Shown: positions 13,120-28,586, counted from the stretch's first letter. The stretch is 64,000 bases of DNA from the human T2T-CHM13v2.0 reference genome, Homo sapiens (GCF_009914755.1 NC_060926.1); one strand, 5' to 3'. Notes: generated by a model from the letters alone, not told the origin. Made by a program: numbers and translations.

Positions 13120-14822
13120 TATATATTATATATTCCCATTTTGTTCTTTTCAGAATAAAGCTTCCTAGGAGTTTCTCTAGCTCATGACCTCTTTTACCTT
13201 TACTTTCAGTTGCAGTGTTCTTAGCTCATAGAAGGAGCTTTGACGGCACATAGAATGAAGTATAACAGCTTCCGTTTGACCTGAGGCATCCCTCAGGTAT
13301 GAGAATGTCACCCAGAGATCGAATACAGTGCCAGGTTATCAACTACCATTTTTTGGGACTGATTCTCTGCTCATGTGTGACCATTATTTGGGGAAATCAT
13401 ACAGTACCACAAACCAGAAGTTTCTGAAAACACCTAAACTCCCCATCTTTCACACTCACCCATAGGGACCGTGGCCCCCAATGAGGGGTAGTTCGTCTCT
13501 GTATTGGTAGCATTAGCGCACGTGCTATATAGCTCTCTTAATACCTGAACTGTGGACAGACCAGATCCTCACTGAGCTGAAGCACATTGGCATATTAAGG
13601 GAGCCCAGCATTGCTGTTTGGCCCTGCTTTTGAACTGGGAAGATATATTGCTGCATGGAGTTCTGAAAAGTACCTTTGTAAGTCCCGAGAACTCCTGTTG
13701 ACCTTTGGATTTAGGTAAAATGTAAGTCTTAGGAGAATTGATGAGAATGTAGGAACCAGTTTTAGCCAATGCATTAAGACTAAAATGACTCTATTGTTTG
13801 TCAGGCTTTGCCAGAAAGTATAGTGAGAGAGAGAGATCCTAAAACTCTGAAAGCAAATAGCCCACAGCAGTTAACTGTATTGACTTTGGAAACAGGTTAT
13901 AAACCCAAACCTCTGTGCTGAACTTGAATGGGTGTTTCTTCTCTCCTTTCTGAGGGTAAAAGCTGCTGGTGAGAACGGCTCTCTGGTGTTGCTAGGACAG
14001 ACCTGTATGACCTTCTTTATGTAAATAATTAACAGGGGAATATTTTCATTTACGTTAAAGCCATATATGAGAGAGATTTCCGGGCTGGCTCTGACAGCCT
14101 CTGGCCCCACTGGAGAAGGAAGCCAGCACTGAAAAAATTCAAGCTTCCGGCCACACGGAACCTGAGAATATTCTCTATGACAGCAGTGGCTGTGAAGCTG
14201 TTTCTTTAAAGTAAAACCCCTTTTGAAGGTTAGTCTGGGGTGACTTTACTGTTACATAGGGAGTAGATTTTGTTTCTTGATGGTTCGTTGAGTGGTAGAG
14301 AGGTTAAAGGTAGAACTAACATATGTAGAACTAAAAAGCATCTGAAACTTTTAGCAAACCAGTAATATTTAGAGGCTTCTGCCCACTCTGGGTAGGCATT
14401 TTTATCTTGTATACCCATACCAGCTTTTCACATCCTGTTTCTTGAGAATACATAAAGAGCACATTTCTCCACATTATCAGGAAAACAATTTGAAGCACAG
14501 GTCTTGTGAATTGGGAAGACCACTAGTATTGCCATTAGCTGCTTATTTGTGTGTGTGTTGGAGGATGGATTATAATCCAAGTGTATTCATATTCTCACAC
14601 TTTAACCAAAAAAAAAAAAAAATCTCCAAAATCTTCTCTCTTGCATTGTTTATTGATAGAATGGGAAACTTACTGCTGGTAACTAGTTAATTCTGAAAGG
14701 GTTAGGGTTTCTACTGTATACTTCCAAAAGTACAGGCCTGGGGGAGCCAATATGAGAGACACACATAACCAAAAATTTGTAAAAACTTTATTTTTTAATA
14801 AAAATTATAAATAAAAATTATA

Positions 14823-15154
<332 letters not shown>

Positions 15155-15574
15155 TTATATATAATCTCATACAACATGTTTTGAAATACACGTGCATTGT
15201 GGAATGGCTATATTGAAAGCTAATACATAACAAATTTAATGATAATACAAGTGTAGAATGGACAACAAAGGGGTTGTGCATAATCATCAAGTACTTCTCA
15301 TTAGTAAAAACCCTTTTCATTTGCTTAGAATTGAGGAGGAGGGGATGCTCTAAATTGAGGATTCTCCATAGGGTCGTCCGTGAGACACAAGATGTTGACT
15401 GTCCCACTTACCCAGGACATGGGTATCCTTTTGATGCTGACAGCATTTGCTGCTGCTTTCCAGGGAATCATGGCTGACATTGAACTTCCACTGCCTCTGG
15501 GCTGCTTTGCTCACTCCTCCTAGGCAGGCAAGCCGACCCTTGGGAAGCTCAGCATTTAGCCTTCATGCTTTGGT

Positions 15575-15607
<33 letters not shown>

Positions 15608-16380
15608 GAAACTTTTATTTGCTCTGGGACCACTTTGAGGTTGAAGGTACAGCCCACAGTTTAAGAAAACTGTCCCAAACCTGAGCTAATAAACAAGAGT
15701 AAAAGCCTTTTTCTCTTGTCATTACTACTTCCTCCTCACTGACTAATTAGCCAGCTGCTGCAGGTCTCATTAAACTTCATTAATCCTAAGCATCTGTCTG
15801 TAGGAACTGCCTCAAGATAAAAAGAGGAAGCTCCGCTAAACATTTTTGTTGCTGCTGCTAATTACCACAAGCTATGCTTTTTATTAATTAATGGCTCTAC
15901 TTGCCTCCAAATCCTACTGAAGAACTTTGCGAGACAACAGGCACTTCATTCTTCTGTAGCTGCAGACATGCTGCTCTGTGGTTTGGTGCATGGGGTACCT
16001 GTAAATTATCAGCACCGAGAATACGCTAGCTCTGGAAACCAAGGTAGAGAAAAAAATACATCTGGAAGTCTGGTTATGTGTAACTTGAACTTGCTCAAAG
16101 CCTTCAGCTGACACTGATGCTTTTTAAAAACATGGCAGTGATAAATTATTTCATCACTTTGCTCAAATACATTAATGCAAAACATTACAAAACTAGTTTT
16201 CTTGACTCAGCTTCCAGGGTCTAAGAAAGCATTTTATTGGGGGGTTGTGATGCCAGAGCATAAGGGATGTTAAAGGTGACACTTAAAAAGGAAGGTGTCG
16301 ATCTTGGTTCTGGTCTGGTGGTGCCTGAGAGCAGGGACTCCTTGAAGGTGCAAGATGAATTACACTCCTCCCAGGTGTCA

Positions 16381-16663
<283 letters not shown>

Positions 16664-16829
16664 TTAAGGTGGCAGGATACCTTAAGAGATTTAATTCAGT
16701 GTGGTCCATTTAGGTTGGGGGGAATCTTACTGAGCATTAAGGCTTGAACCCCATTTCATATCAGTTGGAGCCAAAGGTCCTTGCTAATGTAGAACTCTCT
16801 GTAGAGTGGTGGGGGCTATCAAGTCAAAC

Positions 16830-17015
16830 TGCTGGGACTGTGCTTGCTTCGTGACTGTGGGCAAATAACTGAATTTTTCTAGGCTTGAATTTGCTCTTAT
16901 ACAAAATATGTTTGGTGGTAAGAGTACCTACTTCACAGAGTAGTTGTGAGAATTGAGTTTTAATGAAGTGCTTAGAAGAGTACCTGGCCCTAGTAAACAC
17001 TCAGTAAACCCTGAC
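16830..17015 (+). mobile_element. MIR fragment
   Basis: GTGACTGTGGGCAAATAACTGAA...TACCTACTTCACAGAGTAGTTGTGAGAATT...GTGCTTAGAAGAGTACCTGGC. Confidence 0.7.
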
Positions 17016-20000
17016 TATAGGGGTGGACATGGAAGAAGATAATTTAATTCCTCCGTCATCTAGGACCATGCTGGAGCCCTTCCCACTTGCGTAGCTGAAG
17101 CACTGGTGGATGAACCCCCATTTGCCTCTGATCTTATTCCTGCCGCTGCTTGGTGATGTCCCCTGGACTCAGTTGTCAGCTCTGAAGCTTTGACCCCTTG
17201 ACTCACCTCTGGTCAGTTGGTCCCACAGTGCTTTGCTTGATCCTCTCTGTTGCCATCTGTTCCCATGCGGTATAATTACCTGTTAATAAGGCTGGTGTCA
17301 GTAAACTGTAAACTCTTTCTGCTTCTGCGTCTATCCTTATTTCCTACTGCTTAGTAGAGCAATTTAAAACCTTTTTAAGAATGGATTTGCATTTCCTGTA
17401 GATGAAACCTGAGGTGGAACCCCAGTAAATCAAGGGTATGAAATGGGAGCTTTTCTGACCAAAGTGTAGGTGAGAAGATACCTGGAGGCTGACCCTGGGC
17501 TTTGCTCTTTCTGCATCCCTTGCTAGGAACATGGTTTGAAAACTACTCCCCTGGCATCCTGTAGACCCCAGTGTTTCTTCAGTGAATGTCACTTTTTAAA
17601 AATTAATATCCTTAGTGTCTCCATCTATTACAAGGAAGTATTAATGTTTGTTTGCCGTATTATGCTTACAAATGTTATATAAAGTTAACTACCAATTTAG
17701 TATGCCCCAGAAGAAAGACATGAAAATTCAGGGTGGCATTTTATTTTAGCATATTCATTGAAGGCAGCAGTACACATAGGACCTTTTGTGATGCCCCAGA
17801 AGAGTATGTTTTCCTCCAGTGAGTGCTCTTTTTATTCCTACTCATCAGTCCCAGACCCATCGGGTGAACCTCAATTCTCTTATCAAATAAAAAATCATTT
17901 CATATTTTCCCCTTTAATGGGAACGCTCTTTAAATTTTTCAAAATTAATATGTGCTCCTAAAAAAACAAAAACAGAAAACCAGCAGTGTATTCATAGAAA
18001 TACAGAAGTGGAAATGCCTCCTGTCTGCTTCTACTCCCTTGAGAGAAGACGGTTAATAGTTTGGAAGATATCCTTCGATATCTTTTTATGCAGTTACTTA
18101 CATTTAAACATATACATTCGTAGGATCATACTGAATATTATACACTGTTCTATAAGGGACTCTTGCATTCAGTAATATTATATGGCCACTTTCCGAAGCC
18201 TGTATGCTGTAGGTTTTCCTTACTCTTTTTAATGCATACATATTATTTTATAAGGATGTCCCGTATTTTAATTATTCAACCTATTAATGTATATTTAGTT
18301 TCTAGTCTTTTCTGTTTTGCTGTTGCTATTCTTTTTGACAATTATTTTTTAAATCTGTAGTGCACATTCTGTACATCTTCGTTTTCTTGCACAAATATTT
18401 CTAGAAAACAAATATCTATAGATGTGATTAGTAGATGGAGGAAATACATACTATAAATTTTGATATCACTACTTACCTTCTCACCAACCACATGTGAGTG
18501 TCCTAGTTTCTCCACACCTTCAGTAGGTGAAAGGATTTGTCTTTCAAATGTTGTATAGAATAGGGTTATAGTTTATTTTCCCCTACTTCCACCTAGTCCT
18601 GAAAGTGGATCCTCTGCTATCTGCCACCCCAGCAGAACATCTATAAGTTTCCAGCCCTTCCCACCCAGATCCAAGATTATTATCTTTATGGAGGCTGTTG
18701 AGAAGCAGCCAAGGTCATTATTAAACAATAAAATGCCCCTGAAGAACAAATCAGCAAGAGCAAGAAGCTTCCTAGGCTATGTCAAGGTAGCTGAACAATA
18801 AGACTACACCTAAGACAATATTGGCTTACTGTCTCCCTCCTTACACCCAAACTGACAAAACTACAAACAGCCAGGTCCCCACACCTGTTGGAAGCACCTG
18901 ACTTTTTGGAGTGGGAGATAAAGGCTTGCGTGTAGGGACAAGGGAGAGGTGGGGTGGGAGGCTTGCAAGTGGATGCATTCATGGATGTTATAAAGATCTG
19001 TATTCCGTTTTATGGGAAGAGATTTACATTTAAGTTTAGCAACACTGCAAGAGGTTTACATTTCCAAAATTAATAGAACAACAGAAAAATCAGATCTCCC
19101 CATTTATGCCCTCTTGTTCAAAACTTTCCTTTTTCATTTGAAGAAAATTAAATTTAGACAGATGACCAGTTTTAAGCTTAGAAGATTCAATATGACCAAG
19201 ACCATACATTGTCTTGTATAAAAGTGTGTTTAAAGCTTTGGTTAGTGTTCCTATAATGCAAAATAGGTTTTGATTTAAAGTAACAACACAGAATACTCTT
19301 GTGTTCTATGAACTGTCAACTGCCCTGCCCTCTTCTGATGAGTGTGAGGGATCTTATGGTGCTACCCTGCCTGTTGGCTAGTCATCTTGGGGTTGAATCT
19401 GAGGTCATTTTTTCCTCCAGTTTTTCTGTCCTCCTCTATTAAAACAAGGCAATGTACATTGGGTACTTACAGGATTTGTCCACCAAAACTCTGTAGTATT
19501 TGGCTTTGAAAGAAATCTTGTATAACCATTTTATGTGTGAGGTTGAGGAAAGCCACAAAGGAAATTAGCAGAAGTGTTTTTCAGTGTTTGACCCTATGTG
19601 TAATAACTTTCTCTTTTACATGTTAAGATATCTTTAAAATAATTGAATGGTAGCTGAGTATCAATTGTCTAATGCTGTGAGCTCTCATGGAGTCAGAAAT
19701 TACTCCTTACATTTTTAAAGAGAGAACTCTTAATGCTTTTAGATGTCCTTCCCAGTGTCCTTATATTAGTTACTCGATAAATGGTTGCTGTGGACTAATC
19801 CAAGATGAAAAAATGACAGGCGACCTTTATGGCTGAATGTTGGGTATTAGTGTTCTGCCTGGAATAATTTTTCAGGCAGTGGAATAGTTGGCTGAGTTGA
19901 AAATATAACCGTGGATTGGGTCAGCCTATCATTCAATAAATTACTTCCTGAATGAAGAATACTCTGTGAGAAGTGAAATTTTGAGTTACACATTGGGATA

Positions 20001-22100
20001 TGATATCACTTAGAAAATAGTGCTAAACTTTAAAATTCTTTAGTTTCAGAATTTTCTAAATCAGGGAGGGGCTTGTCAGTATAAAATTATACATTTTGTT
20101 TTTTGATCTTGTCACAGTTGTTCGTGACTTCTGAAATCCAAGTGTGGTTTGGAGACGACTTTACCCCACTCCTCCCCAAACACACATTGGTAGTCCGTGG
20201 CTTACTTGCGTAGACAACTGTGATTGTGGAGTTTGGCACTCGAATTGAGACAGTCGTATTTAATTTATCAATCTGTCGTTTCAACCCTGAACTTTTCTAC
20301 AATGGGTTATGGTCACTGGCCAAAAAGGGTTTAGGTGACTCATGTGTAATGTTCTTCAGAACAGAAGCCAATTTTTAAATCCTTTTGTATTTATGTTCAT
20401 TTATTTTTAAATATAATTCCTCTTCTCATTAAGTGGAATCTTGTCATAATTCTATAGTTTCAAGTGATAACTTGGCATTGCTGTGGCTTTCTTTATTCCA
20501 AAATGCTAATCCTTTGCAGATAAATTTATACATTCTGTATAGTCTGATTTGGAGGACTTCTGTATCTTAGCTTATCTTAGATGGGAGCTTCCATAATTCA
20601 TTCAGGGATTAGTCAGTGCTATACTGTGCATGCATAGTAGACAGCTCTGTGTGGTGGCTTTAAGTCTTTTGACTCCCCCTCTTTCTGGTCTTTGTGTCTT
20701 TCTGGTTTAAAAGAAAAAATATCCCTCAGACCTTAGCTTTTTGGATTCAATGAATTACTGTTAACTTTGACATCCTCATTAAATAGGAGAGCTGTCGGAA
20801 ACTGTCAAGAACGGCTGGAATTGGTACTGTTATCTTGTTGGCGACGTCAGCTTCTGTGGGCATCTGTGCAAAAACATTGAGGTAGAGCAGAATCCTCTTC
20901 TATCTTGAATGTCTGAAAATAATGTGACTGGTGTGTTTGAAAGAGTTCTATTTTTCCCTCTTTGCCCTTAATTATTTTGGCCTTAAGGATTCCGGAAACC
21001 TGGAGTAGATTGAAAACCATAATAAGCAAGGGCCGGGGAGCATGTTATTTGATTTTTTAATAAACTACCTCTGACTAGCTTACACGCCCCGTAGAACATT
21101 AAGGCTACTTTTTGTGTATATTGCATGAAATAAGAAACATCACAAATTTGAATTCTCTCTCAATACCTCTGCTTTATCCAAGGCTCCTACAACAAAAGCC
21201 TACCTTTAGCCCTTGAAAATGAAGTAGAGGATTTTATCTTTACTGGTGAATTTGTGTGCCACATGGTAGACTAGTATAGAATGTAATATTTACTGCTTCT
21301 TTAATGTTCCTTAGGAAGAATATCACACAGACATCTCCCTTCTCCATATGTTGCAATTATACTACTTTCATGAAGTCTTGAGTGTGCCTGTTACGGTTGG
21401 TGCGCTTTAAAACATTCTTTTCTACTTAGTCTGTATTCGTGTTAACGTTCTGCCATTCTGTGTTAAGTTCTGCCGTTCTGTGTTGTTTAGTAATTAAGTG
21501 TATGGTATCTATTTAGTTCTAAGTTTTTCCTAACTTTTAAGGGCATTGCAAGTTACCCTCAGCCCACCTTGGATTGAAGTCCCCTTCCATGGAGGACTGG
21601 AGGAGAAGAGGTGATGGTGTATGAAGTGTCCATCAAAATAAGAGCTGAAGAGCCTTCAGCTTGTGGGGAGGGCTGGAAAGTTGGAAGATCAGGCCTCAAG
21701 CTGTTCCACCCTTCTCATCCTTTGAAGGTGAGGGTGCAGCCTTGAGGTCTAGCCTGTGGTGATTACCATAGTTTGTCCCTCCTGCCAAATGGGGTGGCAC
21801 ACTCCATCCCGTAAGTGAAGGTAACCAGATAAATACCCACTCCGCTGGGGAGTGGAAGGGGCCCCGAGTTCACCCTGTGACTGACCTGACATGTGGATAT
21901 CACTTACCAGAAAATGCTTGTGGCTACTGAGCATTAACCTGGCAACATATTCAATAGCAAAATTTAAAATAGTACCCAGTGTGGTGCCTTGCTCATAGCA
22001 AGCACTTAGTACCTATTTGCTAAGCTGATTTTAATTTGAAGTGGAGTCTAACAAATGGGATGTGGGATCAACAGTATTATTATATTGAAATGTTTTAAAC

Positions 22101-22300
22101 CAGGACATGCCAAACTTTTTCTATAAAGGACCAGATAATAACTGTTAGGCTTTGTGGGCCACATGGAGTCTCTATGGGGTATCATCAGCCTCCTCCCCTT
22201 CCTCTTCCTCCTCCTTTTAACCACCCTCTTAAAATGTAAAACCTGTGTGTCTCCCAGGCTACATAAAAAGAGGCTACTGGCTGAAGTTTGCTGACTCCTA
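22101..22300. mobile_element. MER58-like hAT-Charlie element
   Basis: CAAACTTTTTCTATAAAGGACCAGATAATAA...TTAGGCTTTGTGGGCCA ... AGTTTGCTGACTCCT. Confidence 0.7.
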
Positions 22301-22929
22301 TTTTATATTAATCTTTTAACTCAGTCTGAAGGAACTGACCAGACATGGATGGTTATGAGTTTTTTCTTCTTGTTTTGGGGAGGTGATGTCTTGTTTTCCT
22401 CAGGCAGTGTGGGATGGTGGTTGGAACTAAATAGATACCATCCCACACTCCCTGTGTGGGATGGAGTGCCTCAGGTGCTTTGGGATTCTGTAGGGTTCAG
22501 ATAAATGTGGGCTCTAATTCTGGGTGTTTATTTGCTAGCAGCATGCCCTCGGGGGGATCCCAAAACCAGTCTGTGCCTCAGCCACCTCAGTTAGTTAGAA
22601 ATCACAGGCTGTAATGAAGGAGGGAAAGTGAGTGAAGATCCTAATGCAGCATCACTAGTGCACACCTGGGCTTACTTCAGCCTTTGCCCTAACTGATCAG
22701 TCACCCTGACTGCAGTTCCCATCCTGTAGAGATGGAGAGTAGCAGGTTAATGGGCTCAGGATATGACTTCCTGTATGTGAAAGCAGTTTGGAAGCATGCT
22801 ACCCATTTTTAGTCAAACACAGTGAACAGTTACTGAGAATTTTATCACAAGGTCCTAATTCTGTTTTTTTACATTTGCTTTTTCCACCTGGTTTTGGCAC
22901 CTTACACTATTGGTTTTTTTTGTTTTGTT

Positions 22930-23140
22930 TTTTAAAAAATATTTTTAACTTTTGTGGATACATAGTAGATGTATATATTTATGGGGTATGTGATGTTTTA
23001 ATATAGGTATGTGATGCTTAATAATCACATCGTGGAGAATGGGATATCCATCCCCTCAAGCATTTATCTTTTGTGTTACAAACAATCCAATTATACTCTT
23101 AGTTATCTTTAAATGTACAATTAACTTATTATTGATTAAT
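22930..23140 (-). mobile_element. L1MA-type 3'-end fragment
   Basis: GGATACATAGTAGATGTATATATTTATGGGGTA...TCCATCCCCTCAAGCATTTATCTTTTGTGTTACAAACAATCCAATTATACTCTT. Confidence 0.8.
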
Positions 23141-24409
23141 TCACACTGGTTCCCACCTTAGCTCTCATCTTAGAAGAGGTAGTTGTGTTGCTTTGCCTCT
23201 TATTTTCGGAGAAAGCCCCCATCATAACCTCAGCTCCCTCCAGAGTCTTGGCTTCTTATGGATTGTGACTTTATGCGGCTCACCTTGACGTACGACTGTG
23301 ACAGAGGCAGGACCCTGGTGACAGAGCCTCATTTCTCAGTTATTGTGGGTCTCCTCTCAGAAGTTGTGCCTGCAGTGCCTTGGTCTCCACATTGGCAAAC
23401 TGGGGTTGTGCCGCTCAGAAGAAAGGCCCTCTGGAAGCTGCAGGAGGGACTGCCCAGGAGATGCAACCTGTAGGTGCCAGGTCATAGAGAGCTCATGGTG
23501 GGTTTTGTAGTCGGCCCATCAGACAGTTACTAGCAGACAATTGCATATTTGCTTCACATGCATTTAGAGCAAATATTTACATGTGTTTTGTCCATGATGC
23601 AAGTTAAACAGTTAAGGAAACTATTGTAACTCAAATTCTATTTTTATACAAATCAGCAAACATGAATTTAAGGCCTTCAGACTAGTCCGTCACAGGGAGG
23701 ACTTCAGTCAAAAGATTAGTTTCCTTCCTGTTGCTGCCTCAAGATAACAGTTGGATTCTCTGTTATCAATACAGCCAGCTGCCTGTTTCCGGCTTCCTGC
23801 TCTGTGTATTTTGCATGTTACTCATGGGAAATGATTTATTTATTTTTTCAAGCTAAGGCATATAGGGGGACTCCACCCTACCACTATTCTTTTGTTTTGA
23901 GTTAAGATCCTTTTTTATTCTTTATTTTAAAACAGTTCAAGAATTAAACTTTAATATATAAATTGTTAAAGTTGCAACAAATTAAGTCTTGTGACAATTG
24001 ACCTGATTGGGTCATGTTTAAATAATGTTGTAATATGTTACAATGATGTCCTAATCACACCGTTGTGTATTTTGCAACTTCACTTTACCGTACAGGTATG
24101 TGGTGGCAATTGCCCAAAGATAAAACAAGCAAACAAAAAACAGAATTTGTCAAACATTTTAGTTTGGCTCTGGACCCATTTTAGTCTGAATGACAGCACC
24201 ACAAAATTGCATTTTTATCCGTATTTCAGACATTGAGGAATTGCAAGAAGCAGTTCACCTGTCATATATTTTTAGTGCTATACAATGACAACATTTAACT
24301 GCCTAGGGCCTGTCTTTGTGATATGAAATTTCCCTCCTCAACAATTTCAGTGAGACCACCACCAACAATAAGATTTATCGAGAACCTAGTTGTTGGACAC
24401 TGGAGGTTT

Positions 24410-25000
24410 GCTGACTCATTGAACAAATGTTTATTGTGCACCTCCTTTATGTCATGTATATGCTAAAGCTCTAAACATGAATAGGATTGAGCCTTTGCCT
24501 CTGAGCCAACTGCAAGTTAATTGAAGAGATAGGACACAAGACGTATAATAAAAGATGAGAGACCACATCCCATCAAATGATGATTGCTGACATCTGATAG
24601 GAGAGGGCCTCTTGGTAGAACTAATCTTGGCTGGATCTTAAAGGAAGGGTAAGAGAAAACTGCCTTCTAGGTTAGAAGAATGATAGAAGCAAAGATGGGA
24701 AAAAGCAGTGTGCAAGGTGAGAGTTCAGAGCATGAGAGTAAGACCTGTTAGGTTGGAACAAAAGACGGCATGTCAGGGAAGTTCCCAGATGAAGCTGATG
24801 CCTTAGGAGAGCCCGTTTGGGACCTTTAAATGCCAGGTTCAGAGATTTGGACTGTCTTCTGGATAGCTGGGGTCCGTTGAAGGTTTTGGTGCAGTGCTGC
24901 AACTTTGAAAAACCACTGATTGAGGAACATGGCTATGGTAGTGATGTTTAAGGTGGATTAGAATGCGGAGAGAGGCCCAAGGCAGGGGAGTTCAGTTGGG
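24410..25000. mobile_element. L2 fragments (degenerate)
   Basis: CATTGAACAAATGTTTATTGTGCACCT tail motif plus purine-rich L2-like body; boundaries approximate. Confidence 0.5.
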
Positions 25001-25896
25001 GTCTGAAACCACCCAAATTGTGGTGAGCTTTGTTCAAAACACGCAAAAATAGATTGTCAAAATTATTCTCTTAGCAACTGATCTTGTACTTCTTTGTAAT
25101 GTCTTTTTGTTATTTTTTAACTTTTTATTTTGTATCCCCAGCTAGATTTCTAGTTCATTGAGGGTAAGAGACTTTATCTTAGACACAGAGTTCTAGGTAA
25201 AGTATGCACTTTGTAATATTGGAGCTCACTAATACTCTCAATTTCAGATTAGTCAGCTAACACAGTATTATTGATTTAAATAGTGGGGATATGTTCATGG
25301 GATGATTGCTTCCTCCCCTTTTGATTTCTTCTTAACTTCCATCCCTGTAATTCCTTTCTTTCTTACTTTGAACCCAAGACTACACCTAACTTAACTATAT
25401 GTCTGTGCAAAGCAAAAACTACATGATTGCTGTCTCTTACTTAGGGGGTAGGCCATTATCTTAGCACAATTGAAGAGCCTGATAGAAAATATTACTGGGT
25501 TATACGTGCAGGTTCAGACTACTTGAAAAGTAAAAGAAAGATTCCTTCTCTTAAGCCAGGTATAAATTCAGTCTTTAGGGGAACAATGAATAGGGTCTTT
25601 TGACAGTTCCTGATTCTATGTTTCCTTTTTTTTCCATCCGGAGATGTTCCATGCCTTCAGGCTTTCCTTCATTCCTGGCTCCCATCCCTTTCCATAACCA
25701 GAACTGTGGCATATGGTGAATATAGTTGTGTTTAGCACTCTGTGCTGAGGGTATTGCAGAAAGATGCCGTACAATCATTTCCATCATGCAGTGCCCTTCT
25801 GCTCATCAAAGCTATTTCTGTATCCTAACTTGACTCACGCTAACACAGTGTTCATTTTTTCAGTTATAGCAAATTCTCTAGAGTAAATAAATATGG

Positions 25897-26170
25897 GGCT
25901 GGGTGCAGTGGCCCACACCTGTAATTCACTTTGGGAGGCTAAGGTGGGAGGATCACTGGAGACCAGGAGTTTGAGGTCAGCCTGGGCAATCTAATGAGAC
26001 CCTATTTCTACAAAAAAAAATGAAAAAGCCAGGTGTGATGGTGCATGCCTGTAATCCTAGTTACTCTGGAGGTTGAGGTGGGAAGATTGCTTCAGCCCAG
26101 GAGTCCAAAATTACAGTGAGCTGTGATCACACCACTACACTCTAGCTGGGGTGACAGACTCCTTCTCTAA
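25897..26170 (+). mobile_element. AluJ, sense
   Basis: GGGAGGATCACTGGAGACCAGGAGTTTGAG and GATTGCTTCAGCCCAGGAG (J-type); eroded tail. Confidence 0.9.
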
Positions 26171-26343
26171 TATATTCATTGGTTAATTAATTTAAAAATA
26201 TAAATTAAAAAATTACATAGACGCATTACAGCCTTTCAGTATTTATCACAGTCATTCCCTAAAAAGAAAAGAAGTAGATGTTATGCTTCTAGAAGAGGAT
26301 GATGGTGGAGAGGATATTCACAGCCCTTTTTTTTAACCATTAA

Positions 26344-26694
<351 letters not shown>

Positions 26695-27830
26695 TACCTC
26701 ATCCTTTTTTTCTAATACATCTTCTAAGAATTTCAAGTTGTTTATCAGAAACCAAACAACAAAAGATAGTGAATCTCAGTATATGACAGGAGAAGGTGTA
26801 GCTATGCATCTTAATCCCTCTTGCCTGGCTGGAGTGGGAGAGAAAGAGCCGAGGACCTCACCACTACTGGCTGGTGACACTTAGCAGCCCTTAACCTCAC
26901 TGAGCCTTGGGCTTTGCTAGAGATAACTCTAGCATCCCACCTACCTAATAGTTTGCTGTGAAGATCTAGTGAGCTTAGAGAAAGTATGAAGTGCCATTCA
27001 GATGCATGGCAATGTTATTGCAGACACACCATCTTATAAAATTCCATCTGGAGGAAGGAGCACCATACTAGGATTTCCCTTATAATTTACTCCTTCTGGG
27101 AATCAGAATCTGATGTAAATGCCACTCACTTGAGGGTGGGTTTCTTGTCTCAGTAGTTCTCATTGACAGTAGTTAGCTAATTTACTTATCTCTGAGCCTG
27201 TGGAACTAAAGGCTGAGCTGGTTGGGTCTTCACACTCAGAACCATTTCTGGTTCCTAGGTTCTCGGGGCTCCAAGGTCATTTTGGTAGAATTTGTGGTCC
27301 TGAGAAGCTTATTTTGAGACCATTGTTAGGAGCCCTTCTTTCTGTCTCCCACCCCTGTCATGTCACAGAGACAGCCTCACCACGTTCCTCCCACGGAGGG
27401 CTGCTGGTTCTTTTTGTCCTTTTTTCACTTTGTTTTCCACTTTCCTCCCTGGACTGCCAGAGCTGCAGCTGCCTCGAGTCCTGGGTTGTGTTGGTAGGTA
27501 AGTGATGTCCAGGCTGCCTAGAGGTGGGGTCCTCAGGTGTGATCTTGGATCCCACTTGTACCACATTGTACAGCATTGCAAAGAGGGGATGGTGAGAAGT
27601 GTTTGAACCTGAGGGCCTTTACATGGAGAAGTGAGGAGACCTATTCTGCATACTCTGAAGGTGGTGCAAGCCATAGTGGGCCACAGAGACAGGTCTAGTC
27701 TTGATGGAGACACCATCCCAACAGATGGAGAGTTACCCAATAATGCAGCAGACCCTTTACAAAATAAGGACTTGCGTTAGTTAGGATGGTGAGATGGTGG
27801 GTAATTCTAAGTCTTGTATCATGGAAACAC

Positions 27831-28134
27831 TTTTTTTTTTTTTTTTTTTTTTTTTTTGAGACAGAGTCTTAACGCTGTCGCCCAGGCTGGAGTGCGGTGG
27901 CATGATCTTGGCTCACTGCAACCTCCGCCTCCCAGGTTCAAGTAGTTCTCCTGCCTCAGCCTCCTGAGTAGCTGGGTTACAGGTGCGTGCCACCATGCCC
28001 GGCTAATTTTTGTATTTTTAGTAGAGACGGGGTTTCACCATGTTGGTCAGGCTGGTCTTGAACTCCTGACCTCATGATCCGCCCACCTCGGCCTCCCAAA
28101 GCTGGGATTATAGGTGTGAGCCACTGTGTCTGGC
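27831..28134 (-). mobile_element. Alu (AluSc/Sg-type), antisense
   Basis: 27-nt poly-T; GACCTCATGATCC form; TSD GAAACACTTTTT on both sides. Confidence 0.93.
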
Positions 28135-28267
28135 AGAAACACTTTTTTAAATGTTGTGCGTGAGGCATTATTGCATAGTGGATGAGAACCAGGGCTCTGG
28201 AGCCAGCCTGCCTGGAGAGTTGCTGGCTCCTGCCTCATGGGGCAGTTGTGGGGATTGATTATAAGTG

Positions 28268-28586
28268 CAGTTAGCCCTCTGTATCTGCAGGTTCCTCATT
28301 TGTGGATTCAGCTGACAACAGAACGAAAATATTTGAAAAAAAAATTAACAATACAATAGAATACAAATAAGATGCAATATAGCAGCTGTTTACACAATAT
28401 TTACATTGTATTAGTTATGAATAATCTAGAGATGATCTAAAGTATACAGGAAGATGTATGTTGGTTATAGGCAAATACTATATACCATGCTATATAAGGG
28501 ACTTGAGCATAAGGAGTTTGGTTTCTGAGGGAGGTCCTGGAACAAATTCCCCGTAGATACTGGGATTAGATACGGAAGGACGACTG
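28268..28586 (-). mobile_element. MER2-family TcMar-Tigger MITE nested in a MIR
   Basis: TIRs CAGTTAGCCCTCTGTATC ... GATACGGAAGGACGACTG; internal AATCTAGAGATGATCTAAAGTATAC, GGGACTTGAGCAT; MIR-like sequence on both flanks. Confidence 0.8.

Noticed and set aside
27200-27505. ORF starting MELK..., superficially like the MELQ... N-terminus I recall for the short SPTBN1 isoform
   Set aside because: The start is GTG, there is no in-frame ATG and no further similarity; only the 3' part is kept as a candidate exon
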